45,310 nucleotides of DNA from a virus (Duplodnaviria; Caudoviricetes). The stretch spans positions 1 to 45,310 of IMG/VR virus record IMGVR_UViG_3300037483_000040; one strand, given 5' to 3'. A program made the position numbers and the translations under genes. The notes below the pieces were generated by a model. The model ran no database searches and had not been told where the DNA came from. It was given only the letters and a program-made list of their open reading frames with translations. Below are positions 27,780 to 35,816 of the stretch, piece by piece (position 1 is the stretch's first letter; every line of letters begins with the position of its first letter).

Positions 27780-28019
27780 CTACGAGAGGATATTAAAGAA
27801 CACATTAGTGCCCTTCATACTGGTTGCAAGAGCAATATTCGACAAACTCTGATTGCCCTTAGTACGCCTATCACGATCGACAATCAGCAGATTGACCGTT
27901 GAGCCCGTACCAGCACTCACCACCTTTGCGAGGTAAGACCTACCCTTCGCATCACGATACGTGGCGGTTCTGTAGCCACCTTCGACTTTGCCTCGCTTGC
28001 GCATTGTCCCTTGTGCCAT
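27780..28019 (-). CDS. small basic beta-rich protein
   Basis: AAGGA SD; lies in the late operon after terS. Confidence 0.65.
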   Translation of the reverse strand: MAQGTMRKRGKVEGGYRTATYRDAKGRSYLAKVVSAGTGSTVNLLIVDRDRRTKGNQSLSNIALATSMKGTNVFFNILS

Positions 28020-28046
28020 GTTGGTTTAGTTCTTTCCTTAGGCCAA

Positions 28047-28442
28047 TTAGCAGGCCGTACCGTTGTTAGCAAGCCGCTCTGCAGTGGTCACTACATCAGC
28101 GAGCAGAGCCTCTAGGGGCTGGAGAGCAGCACTGTCGATCTTCTCGTCACCAATACGGCCGAGCTGACGATCCACAATATACTTAGCAGCGTCTAGTCTG
28201 GTCTTCTCGGTAGTCGAGTACAGAGCCAGATTAATGATGCTGCGAGCAGCTGCAGGTGCTGCTTGCTCTAGATGTCGACGAGTCTGAGTACCGTAGTCAG
28301 CGATACCCATTTCCTTCTCTGTAACAGCATCAGCAAGAGCTTGCTCTACATTCCAATCAGCATAAGACCGTGGGTTTGTAACAGAATCCCAAGCTTTGCC
28401 GGTGTCGTCCGAGTTGCCGCCGCTGTTGCTTGTGTCGTCCAT
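28047..28442 (-). CDS. putative terminase small subunit
   Basis: First gene of the late operon; helical AAARSIINLA...RLDAAKYIVDR pattern typical of small terminases; GAGGAGG SD. Confidence 0.6.
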   Translation of the reverse strand: MDDTSNSGGNSDDTGKAWDSVTNPRSYADWNVEQALADAVTEKEMGIADYGTQTRRHLEQAAPAAARSIINLALYSTTEKTRLDAAKYIVDRQLGRIGDEKIDSAALQPLEALLADVVTTAERLANNGTAC

Positions 28443-28466
28443 CAGTATCAAGACCTCCTCATCTTG

Positions 28467-28496
28467 AGTATATATTAGTCCGAGAGTTGAAATCAA
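28467..28496 (-). promoter_or_regulatory. late-operon promoter TTGATT-N18-TATACT
   Basis: -35 at 28496-28491 and -10 at 28472-28467, followed by CAAGATGAG as at the 22143 promoter. Confidence 0.7.
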
Positions 28497-28638
28497 CGTG
28501 AAGTTATATCCCTTCAATGTAACACAATATATTCCTTCATTATACAGAAGAGACCCACCGTCGGAGCTGCGTCATGAAGCACCTCACTGAATATAGTTCC
28601 GTCGTGGTGTTGCGACTTTGAAAAATCTGAAAAATCCG

Positions 28639-28667
28639 TTGAGAATACCAGTATTCTGTGTTATAAT
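28639..28667 (+). promoter_or_regulatory. promoter TTGAGA-N17-TATAAT with palindromic operator AGAATAC-CA-GTATTCT
   Basis: Boxes at 28639-28644 and 28662-28667; perfect 7-bp IR at 28642-28657. Confidence 0.6.
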
Positions 28668-28798
28668 ATAATTAAAGAAAGGAACGGAAATAAAGTAAGG
28701 TTGTAATTAAGATCTGTGTGTGTGTGTGGTACTTGTAACTTGACAATCTATCTTACATGTGTGAACGTGTGAACGTGTATACAAACAAGGAGCTAATA

Positions 28799-29080
28799 AT
28801 GAATGAGATCACTATCACTGTTGATAACGTTGCTGAGGTTGTTGAGAACTTCTTCAGTGACATCAAGACAGCAACTCCATACAAGTTTGCTGCTCTCTTG
28901 TCTAAGGTGTCCGGTATCAATGTCCGTCCTCAGATGATGTACAACTATGCTAAGAACAACAAGTCATTCCGTGAGGCTGTGAAGGTGAATGCTGAGTTTG
29001 GTCTGAAGTATCTGGAACGTGACTTCATGATCCAGTTCTCAATCAAGTACATTACCAGGAATGTACTTGGTGTGAAGTAA
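28799..29080 (+). CDS. putative HTH DNA-binding protein (paralog 1)
   Basis: AAGGAG SD before the ATG at 28799; TPYKFA...VRPQMMYNY motif. Confidence 0.7.
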   Translation: MNEITITVDNVAEVVENFFSDIKTATPYKFAALLSKVSGINVRPQMMYNYAKNNKSFREAVKVNAEFGLKYLERDFMIQFSIKYITRNVLGVK

Positions 29081-29093
29081 CCTGGAACAGTGA

Positions 29094-29126
29094 CTAGGAT
29101 GGGCCCAGATAATGGGCCCATCCTAG
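29094..29126. terminator. perfect 14-bp hairpin (terminator or protein-binding palindrome)
   Basis: CTAGGATGGGCCCA-GATAA-TGGGCCCATCCTAG just after a stop codon; no U-tract. Confidence 0.6.
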
Positions 29127-29324
29127 GTGGGTAGGTGGTTCTTCAGGCGGTGAAAACGGGAAATACTTTTTCACGTTACAAGTGTTCTTTACCACACTCT
29201 TATAAACGCGTAGTTAACACTACCCGGAACTCGTCATTACTGATTTATAGATATATAACTATTATTATATATCCAATATATATATAGCTAATGATTTCCC
29301 TAGGTAAAGGTCTGCATTGGAAGG

Positions 29325-29394
29325 CCAGGATTCACCCAAGATTTCACCCAGGATCACCCAGAAATTGGTCAGGATCACCCAGGATTTCATTCAC
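29325..29394. repeat. tandem degenerate direct repeats CCAGGAT(T)(T)CAC next to an AT-rich tract
   Basis: About 6 units of 9-12 bp; near-pure A/T at ~29243-29286. Confidence 0.8.
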
Positions 29395-29429
29395 ATTGCG
29401 AACATTCGATACAAATTACAAATTACACA

Positions 29430-29459
29430 TTGATGTGCTCCTTTTATCTCCTATATACT
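29430..29459 (+). promoter_or_regulatory. early promoter TTGATG-N18-TATACT
   Basis: Boxes at 29430-29435 and 29454-29459, upstream of a GAGGAG SD and the 29503 gene. Confidence 0.7.
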
Positions 29460-29502
29460 TAAAGATACTTGTACTTAAAGACACGAGGAGACAGGTCAAA
29501 GA

Positions 29503-29772
29503 GTGACAAACCCTTCAGGCCGAACTGACAGCAACTCCACTTCAGCCGTACCACGAAGGAAGGGGCCCAAGGCAAAGTACCCATGGGCCCAGTGGTTCGA
29601 TGGCGAGTGGCATGAGGCCCCTTCCTACGTGTACGGACCCGAATGCACAACGCATTCATTCGTGACCCAACTGCACCTCAAGGCACGTCGGACAAACATG
29701 TGGGTTGAGACCGAGACCAAAGGCAGCACAGTGAGGTTTCGCTTCCACGTCATCGAGGCCCAGCGTGCCTAG
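29503..29772 (+). CDS. small putative DNA-binding protein (KYPW family)
   Basis: KAKYPWAQWFDG motif; SD and promoter upstream. Confidence 0.65.
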   Translation: MTNPSGRTDSNSTSAVPRRKGPKAKYPWAQWFDGEWHEAPSYVYGPECTTHSFVTQLHLKARRTNMWVETETKGSTVRFRFHVIEAQRA

Positions 29773-30172
29773 TGCCATTGGTGAGCACAAGGAATGCACC
29801 AAGTGCAAGACCGTCAAGCACATTGACGAGTTCTATCGTGATGGTCGAACCAAGGATGGGTTCACGTACTACTGTAAGTTATGTAAGATTGCTACGGTAC
29901 AAACGGCCCAACCTACGAACGCTATGCTCAAGCGGCAACTCGAACTATCCGAGACCCTGGTCAATTGGTTCAGAGCACGACTGCCCGATCTACTTGACCC
30001 AAGAACTCTAGAGGTCGTTCGTAGGATTCTGGACGAGGAGACAGGTCTAGACCCTAAGTGGCCCAGGCCCAAGCCCGAAGCAATAAAAGGCGTACATGTT
30101 GTGCCCGATGTTGTGCCCTTCGACGTGAACACGATGTTCGATGCCGATGGTAACTGGATCGGCCCACAATAA
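29765..30172 (+). CDS. zinc-ribbon protein (HNH/EndoVII-type N-terminal finger, no nuclease domain)
   Basis: KECTKCKTVK..EFY...DG..YYCKLC. Confidence 0.7.
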   Translation: MPSAIGEHKECTKCKTVKHIDEFYRDGRTKDGFTYYCKLCKIATVQTAQPTNAMLKRQLELSETLVNWFRARLPDLLDPRTLEVVRRILDEETGLDPKWPRPKPEAIKGVHVVPDVVPFDVNTMFDADGNWIGPQ

Positions 30173-30189
30173 AATTTCGAAAGCAACCC

Positions 30190-30219
30190 TTGATTTTGCC
30201 TCTCGACGTATGATATAAT
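30190..30219 (+). promoter_or_regulatory. promoter TTGATT-N18-TATAAT (extended -10)
   Basis: Boxes at 30190-30195 and 30214-30219; AAGGAG SD follows. Confidence 0.75.
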
Positions 30220-30238
30220 TATACACAGAAGGAGTAGG

Positions 30239-30442
30239 ATGAAGATGGTTCGAGACCAGTGTGGTACCGACGAGATCAGTGACCTGACAGTCGCAGGTCG
30301 TGCTCGAGAGTTCGGCCTGTCTACGCCTCAGCGAGCGCGTCAGTTGTACCTCAGCTCATGGGCAGTCGAGGACTGGTACGTGTTGAACAGTCTCTATACC
30401 AGTCCAGCTGAGAAGACCAAGGTGATGGAGATTACATTCTGA
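30239..30442 (+). CDS. hypothetical protein
   Basis: Promoter and strong SD upstream. Confidence 0.65.
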   Translation: MKMVRDQCGTDEISDLTVAGRAREFGLSTPQRARQLYLSSWAVEDWYVLNSLYTSPAEKTKVMEITF

Positions 30443-30443
30443 C

Positions 30444-30662
30444 ATGATGCATAAAAAGCGTACAGGAGAACTAGCGGTTTGTTACATGTGCAAGAACGAC
30501 AGGCATGACCTGTGCGACACTGGTGAGCATTACTACTGTCACTGTACTGTATGCCAACCGCCCTGTCCACTCAAGTGCATCGGTAAGTCACGACATCAGA
30601 AGGTCAAACTACCGAGGTGCACTGAGTGCTTCCTCGAGCACTGTACCTGTAGCACGCGCTAA
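30444..30662 (+). CDS. Cys/His-rich small protein (metal-binding)
   Basis: Multiple CxxC and CxC motifs in 72 aa; GGAG SD. Confidence 0.55.
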   Translation: MMHKKRTGELAVCYMCKNDRHDLCDTGEHYYCHCTVCQPPCPLKCIGKSRHQKVKLPRCTECFLEHCTCSTR

Positions 30663-30676
30663 TGGAATGAGGACAA

Positions 30677-30994
30677 ATGGACGACACGATTGCGACTGAG
30701 GCCAGACTGGCAGAAGGGAACTGGTCTAACGTAGGTTGGGACCTAGATATAGAAACCGTGAGGTTGTGGCTCGAGGATATCAATGACAACTACGATGGCG
30801 ATATCAACAAGGCAATCAGTACTCTCAGGTGGGAGCTGATCACCTTATTGACGGAGGTGATCCCCAAAGCCCGTACTCGGGCAAGAAGCCATCTCCGTCG
30901 AGAGGACATCGAGTTCAACGTGGTGGAACTGGCCAGACTGCAATCGATGCGTGACCATCTGATCAACTGGAGCCCTTCCGAGAATGCTGGCTGA
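30677..30994 (+). CDS. hypothetical protein
   Basis: GAGGA SD; coupled to the next gene. Confidence 0.65.
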   Translation: MDDTIATEARLAEGNWSNVGWDLDIETVRLWLEDINDNYDGDINKAISTLRWELITLLTEVIPKARTRARSHLRREDIEFNVVELARLQSMRDHLINWSPSENAG

Positions 30995-31329
30995 TGAGAT
31001 ACTCAGGGGTACGGAAGTCAATTCTCTCGTCTGCACTTGCTAGTGCGACCGTTGTAGCTGTAACCACTAGCACAGCCACCCTGTGGGGTTGTGCTTCGAC
31101 AAGAACCCGGTTGACCGAAGTCGCTGTCTGCACTGAGGGTGAGCCATGTTGGGACTGTAACACTATAGGCAATGTACAGTGCGGCCCAGGAACCATTTCT
31201 GTTAGCAAGGCTGAAGGAGAGGCTCATGCTAAGCAACAGGAACTTGGTGACAACTGGAACTGTTGGGCAGAGGTGAATAGCACAGCACCAGGCAACTACG
31301 AAGTAATGTGTGATTACACAGGTAGCTAG
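30994..31329 (+). CDS. secreted/lipoprotein-like Cys-rich protein
   Basis: Signal-like N-terminus ending LWGC; CTEGEPCWDCNTIGNVQCGP motif. Confidence 0.6.
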   Translation: MRYSGVRKSILSSALASATVVAVTTSTATLWGCASTRTRLTEVAVCTEGEPCWDCNTIGNVQCGPGTISVSKAEGEAHAKQQELGDNWNCWAEVNSTAPGNYEVMCDYTGS

Positions 31330-31388
31330 AACACAGGGTGGTGTGGTTCTTCGAATGGTGACAGGAACACAAACTCAGGGGGTAGGAA

Positions 31389-31664
31389 GTGCTACATTAC
31401 GTTGCCGAAGTGCCTGACTTTTTCGAGACATACGAACGTATCACTCGAAGCATACCGACCAGATCAAACGATTATAGGATCGGACAGTATGTCTTTAACC
31501 AGCTGTATAAGATACGTCCAGATGTAGCCAACAAGATTCGCGGCACAATAGCAGACCCATACTACTGGGACGATGCAGATTGGCGCGAGGCCTCTAACCG
31601 TGGGCAAGCTGGGCGAGTGTACATGTTCTGGTATCGTGTAATAGACCTTTGGGAGGAGGTGTGA
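31389..31664 (+). CDS. hypothetical protein
   Basis: RIGQYVFNQL...RGTIADPYY resembles a common small phage protein family. Confidence 0.65.
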   Translation: MLHYVAEVPDFFETYERITRSIPTRSNDYRIGQYVFNQLYKIRPDVANKIRGTIADPYYWDDADWREASNRGQAGRVYMFWYRVIDLWEEV

Positions 31665-31942
31665 CACCTAACGAATGGTGGAACAAGTACGCTACAGAAC
31701 GTGGTAAGCAGATGCTTCACGACCACAGCCTTGTGACACCTGTAGAACTAGCCAAGGCAAGACGTATTAGTCCACAGGTAATCTACAACTATATTCGTTC
31801 AGGACGTATAGGTGTTGAGTACAACAGTTCGGGTAAGAAGGTGATACTGACAGACGAACTGTTCAGGTATCTCCAGAAGTTCCTAGACAAAGAGCAAGCT
31901 AAGCAAGATAGGTTGGAACGAGAACTCAGAGGTGAAGTATAG
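31661..31942 (+). CDS. HTH DNA-binding protein (paralog 2)
   Basis: TPVELAKARRISPQVIYNYIRSGRI is an excisionase/MerR-like HTH; GGAGGAGG SD. Confidence 0.75.
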   Translation: MTPNEWWNKYATERGKQMLHDHSLVTPVELAKARRISPQVIYNYIRSGRIGVEYNSSGKKVILTDELFRYLQKFLDKEQAKQDRLERELRGEV

Positions 31943-32046
31943 TAACATGATTGTTGTACACCACATCTTGGTGGTTCTTGGTTGGTGGCTATTTAGTAGC
32001 ATCATATTGGTGTGCCTACTCGCTATGAGGAAGGAAGGCCAGAGAC

Positions 32047-32475
32047 TTGCAGCCGAAGACGCCAGACAAGATCGAGGTCGGCGACCACGTTCTGATTGCA
32101 GGATGTGAGTTCGAGGTCAAGGCAAAGCAGAAGTACAAGCACACCCACGATGGCATTCTGGAGTGGTACCAGTTCACTCTTGATGACCAGATGGATGACT
32201 CGTGGCGAGAGAACACTGGTAGTCTGCAAATCGGACGTGCTACTGACCAGCTAGTAGACGTTCTCGAACATGGTGAGTCACCCCCACAGGCTAACTGGAA
32301 CTCGGGGTTGGAAGTATACGGTCCGAAGATTACACGGAGCTCGCTCCGCAAGAGGTTCTGGAGCTCGCTGCGTCGAGGCTCAGGATTCCTACTGAGAGAT
32401 ACACCACGTATGCTAATCGTTCTGTTGTATTTGCACTTCGTACTCGCCAGTCCAGACACGAGTGCTCGACACTGA
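32047..32475 (+). CDS. hypothetical protein
   Basis: ORF track entry with a purine-rich SD. Confidence 0.5.
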   Translation: MQPKTPDKIEVGDHVLIAGCEFEVKAKQKYKHTHDGILEWYQFTLDDQMDDSWRENTGSLQIGRATDQLVDVLEHGESPPQANWNSGLEVYGPKITRSSLRKRFWSSLRRGSGFLLRDTPRMLIVLLYLHFVLASPDTSARH

Positions 32476-32489
32476 TAGGAAGGTCAGTT

Positions 32490-32681
32490 ATGAAGACTCG
32501 ATCATACGAGATGGGCTCGAGGATTAGTCTGATCATTGGCGACTACAACTACGGTAAGAGCTGTGCCGAAGTAGGTCACAAGACATATTACTTCGTTCCC
32601 ACGCTCCACGATCAGAACATGATCAGCGAGGGTCGGAGGATCCTGAGCGTCAAGATGTCCTTGCATCACAGGACAAGGTGA
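32490..32681 (+). CDS. hypothetical protein
   Basis: AGGAAGG SD. Confidence 0.5.
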   Translation: MKTRSYEMGSRISLIIGDYNYGKSCAEVGHKTYYFVPTLHDQNMISEGRRILSVKMSLHHRTR

Positions 32682-32742
32682 TTCGAGTGGTGAGCTCGAT
32701 GGGTCTTGGTGTTAAATACTAACCCAAACTCAGGGGAATACA

Positions 32743-32922
32743 ATGACACGTTCAGGCTCGGTAGCATACAAGATCTGTGCTCGCTGCAAGGAGCACGTTC
32801 GCACAACGGAGTTCACGCGTACCGACGGTAAGCTGAATTCATACTGTCGCCCTTGCAGCAACGAGATCGCGCACGAACGTTACTTCGCACTACATCGACA
32901 GACAACTAACAGAAAGAAGTAA
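32743..32922 (+). CDS. 59-aa zinc-ribbon protein (not in ORF track)
   Basis: MTRSGSVAYKICARCKEHVRTTEF...SYCRPC...; same finger type as 29765-30172; AGGGG SD. Confidence 0.7.
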   Translation: MTRSGSVAYKICARCKEHVRTTEFTRTDGKLNSYCRPCSNEIAHERYFALHRQTTNRKK

Positions 32923-32929
32923 CTGACTA

Positions 32930-33628
32930 ATGCATAAGTCAAAGGTCGCTCTCGCGGCCCTCCTATCAACAGCAGCTCTTGCGAGTTGCGAACCTGGAGC
33001 TACCACTACCGAGGGTAGCAACTTCGAAGGTTATGGCCTAACCAGTGAGTCGTTCAAGAACGCTCAGGGTGAAGGTACCGACACTATCAATATGACTGGT
33101 GATGACGTCTTTGCCGTTGCAACCTCACCCAAGAGCAACCAGGGCAGCAACACTCGAACGGTCTTTGTAACCAAGTCTAGCCAGACAGCAGCTGACCAAG
33201 AGCTGTGCACGACGTGGCTCGGGAAGACCGATCCTAATGTTCAGCCAGGTGTGATGCTTCGCTGGGATGGCTCCGAAGGGATCAGCTTCACACAGAACAT
33301 CGTGTATGGTGTGTACAATACGATCAACGCACACGTCTGGAATACTAACAAGCCCGTCGGAGGACCACAAGGGAACAGTCGATTTGAGATGATCGGTCAG
33401 TTCCAGTTGAGCGAGTTGAACGACAAATCCTTCCCGTGGAGATTCTGTGCACGAGTTGCTGGGCCAGTTCTGCAGTTCAAAGTGTGGCCCACGAATGAAT
33501 ACGAACCAGGCTACAGCCACGATCTTCAGACTGATGTGATGCACATGGGACAGACAGGCATCTATGTTGGACACGTCAAGGCAGGTCATGCGGCAGCCTT
33601 TAGCGATACAACCACAGGGACGCTGTGA
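32930..33628 (+). CDS. lipoprotein with beta-sandwich-like body
   Basis: MHKSKVALAALLSTAALAS-C is a signal peptide with a LASC lipobox. Confidence 0.75.
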   Translation: MHKSKVALAALLSTAALASCEPGATTTEGSNFEGYGLTSESFKNAQGEGTDTINMTGDDVFAVATSPKSNQGSNTRTVFVTKSSQTAADQELCTTWLGKTDPNVQPGVMLRWDGSEGISFTQNIVYGVYNTINAHVWNTNKPVGGPQGNSRFEMIGQFQLSELNDKSFPWRFCARVAGPVLQFKVWPTNEYEPGYSHDLQTDVMHMGQTGIYVGHVKAGHAAAFSDTTTGTL

Positions 33629-33891
33629 TGGGTTGGCTCGATGATGACGATGTGAACGAGCAAGCGAAGCAACGAGCTGATCGTGAACGTCGTTCACATG
33701 ACGATGCACGTATGCGTGACGAGCTATACAGACGAACTCGCGACCCTCAAGCTGCTCGAGATGCAGCGGACAAGAAAAAGAAGGAAGACCAAGATAGGCA
33801 GAACCTAGATGAGAGACGTCAGGATCTCTTCCGTAAGGCACAACGAGAGTGGCGGGCATACGAGGATGAACTTCGACGACGCAATAAGTAA
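33625..33891 (+). CDS. highly charged helical protein
   Basis: Coupled to the upstream stop; very rich in D/E/R/K. Confidence 0.6.
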   Translation: MMGWLDDDDVNEQAKQRADRERRSHDDARMRDELYRRTRDPQAARDAADKKKKEDQDRQNLDERRQDLFRKAQREWRAYEDELRRRNK

Positions 33892-34061
33892 CAGCACGCC
33901 TCGAGGCGTAGAGACGTTCGAGCGCCTAATCATCTACGAAGACTACGACCTCGACGGTAAGGGTCTTGATCGAGATCAAGATCACAACGGCTGCGAATAC
34001 CACACACCACGCCCTGTGGTGTCTCTGAGGAAACATGGACCCCGCAGTCTAAGGAGACCAA

Positions 34062-35159
34062 ATGGTTGATGAGAATGACGACTACGAGCTCACGCCTATG
34101 AAGGATGCCAGGGAGCAAGTCGAACGAATCCAGGCAAAGATGCATGAGATGGAGGCACGTCTAGAGGAACTGACTCCGAATCTGCGCAGCGGTATTCGAA
34201 CGGGCGACGAGACGCGCGAGTTAGTTGTCGAGTACAAGAAACTGGTCATAGAGTTCGATCACGCTTGGGGTGAGTTCGATGCTGCTCGTGAGACCCATAG
34301 AGCTACCCTCCAGCAGGACAAGATTATAAGTTATCTGAATGCTAAGGATATCGAACAGAGATTGGATCTTGGGCCTGAGCCTGATTCACCTGCTCATTGG
34401 AGGGAGCAGAAGCTACAAGAGCTTCGCCAAGAGGCCCTTGAGGGGGTGAATTCTAGGCCTCAGGTAGGTTCACCTGAAGAGATGCGACAAAGGCTTCGTA
34501 GTCCTCAAGCTGGTCTGACCCTTGACCAGAAGGCCATGCTGTCGCAACGCTTGCGTGCTATCGAAGGGACGATAACTGCACATGAGTACAGGTTGGGCAA
34601 CTGGGTTAACAACACCGATGCGTGGGACAACTATAGCGATGTCACAAGACAGATTGCCGAGGAGAAGCTTGCCGAGGAACAACAGATCGTCGATAAGCTT
34701 AAGGAAGAGGCTTCCAACCTGCGTGAGCGACTCGGACTTGGTCCCGATGACGATCCTGGACTAGCAGTTAAGCCTGATGATCCTGAGCCTACTCTTGATC
34801 CTAGTGACAGCGTGAAGCTGCAAGCAGACCAAATGCCTGAGGCAAGGCTAGAAGCAGAATCAAGACTTAAGCCAGAGATCCCTCCAGTTGACATCGATGA
34901 GGAGCAGCTGCTCAAGTACAGGGAGACCTCGGCAGCATATCGTGAGGCTATGCTTCAAGAGAGTCAGAAGGAGTCACTCAGGTCAGTTGCAGAGCTCAAG
35001 GCAATGACACCTGAAGCACGTGAGCATCTGCAAGAGACTGTGCGTATATCAAAAGAGCTCGTAGGGAGTATGAGCAGTGCTCCTGAAGTGAGACTCAGGC
35101 GCGTTAGCAAGATGAAGCTCGGCAGCAATAAACTGAAGAACCAGTTGAAGCTGCGCTGA
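34062..35159 (+). CDS. 365-aa acidic coiled-coil protein of unknown function
   Basis: AAGGAG SD; long E/Q/R-rich heptad segments with Pro/Asp linkers. Confidence 0.8.
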   Translation: MVDENDDYELTPMKDAREQVERIQAKMHEMEARLEELTPNLRSGIRTGDETRELVVEYKKLVIEFDHAWGEFDAARETHRATLQQDKIISYLNAKDIEQRLDLGPEPDSPAHWREQKLQELRQEALEGVNSRPQVGSPEEMRQRLRSPQAGLTLDQKAMLSQRLRAIEGTITAHEYRLGNWVNNTDAWDNYSDVTRQIAEEKLAEEQQIVDKLKEEASNLRERLGLGPDDDPGLAVKPDDPEPTLDPSDSVKLQADQMPEARLEAESRLKPEIPPVDIDEEQLLKYRETSAAYREAMLQESQKESLRSVAELKAMTPEAREHLQETVRISKELVGSMSSAPEVRLRRVSKMKLGSNKLKNQLKLR

Positions 35160-35177
35160 GATTCTTCTCGAACCCTC

Positions 35178-35207
35178 TTGATTGGGTCCATCGACTTCAA
35201 TTATAAT
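35178..35207 (+). promoter_or_regulatory. promoter TTGATT-N18-TATAAT
   Basis: Boxes at 35178-35183 and 35202-35207. Confidence 0.75.
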
Positions 35208-35237
35208 TTGAATAGAAGAGCGAGCGAGGAGACGAAC

Positions 35238-35393
35238 TTGAGGCGTGACCCGAAAGACTATGAGAGTGTCGGACTCATTCACAAGCTCAACAAGCTCGAT
35301 CAAGAGGAGGCGAACCGAAAGAGCCTGCCTCATCCGTACAAGAAGCATACGTCCAATCCAGGCGACGATGACTACGTGGAGGATGTACTGTGA
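35238..35393 (+). CDS. hypothetical small protein
   Basis: GAGGAG SD before the TTG at 35238. Confidence 0.5.
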   Translation: MRRDPKDYESVGLIHKLNKLDQEEANRKSLPHPYKKHTSNPGDDDYVEDVL

Positions 35394-35599
35394 GCAAGAT
35401 GAGGTTGACCATCGTCAAAGAGTGGGACATCGATCCCAATTTGTACGTTGGCATAGTGAAGGACCATAACGATCCCAAGGCTTGTGCTGACTTCGAGGAT
35501 CGTCAGTACAAGAATAACGAGGTCGGTCTTGAGGACTATCTCGATAGGGCAGATGGGGAAGATGATCCCGAGGTGACCTTCGAGGTTGTTAAGAACTAA
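35390..35599 (+). CDS. hypothetical acidic protein
   Basis: GGAGG SD; GTGA overlap with the upstream stop. Confidence 0.65.
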   Translation: MSKMRLTIVKEWDIDPNLYVGIVKDHNDPKACADFEDRQYKNNEVGLEDYLDRADGEDDPEVTFEVVKN

Positions 35600-35816
35600 G
35601 TCGCGCCTGACGTACTCTCAGGAGTACATCAACGTTGATGTGCAGGCAGCGAGCGGGTCATCGGCACAGCGCGGTGTCGGTGACCCAATCGGTGCAAGCG
35701 CTAAGTGACACCCCCTCTCGTCACTATACTAGTTCGCCAACTAGTCAAGCGGTACCTTGTACCAGGGCTTGGCTCGGCAGACATCTTTGCAACGGGAGTC
35801 TGCCGAGTCAGTCCTT
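35600..35816 (+). ncRNA. putative structured non-coding RNA (cluster 1)
   Basis: At least 6 consecutive hairpins, including two 13-bp stems with G-U pairs on the + strand. Confidence 0.65.

Noticed and set aside
29325-29394. Direct repeats as a mini CRISPR array
   Set aside because: Units are 9-12 bp, degenerate and abutting, with no unique spacers.
33125-33859. 244-aa minus-strand ORF (also 44510-45043, 3089-3661, 27397-27852 and similar)
   Set aside because: These are shadow ORFs antisense or out of frame to well-supported genes, with no motifs or SD.
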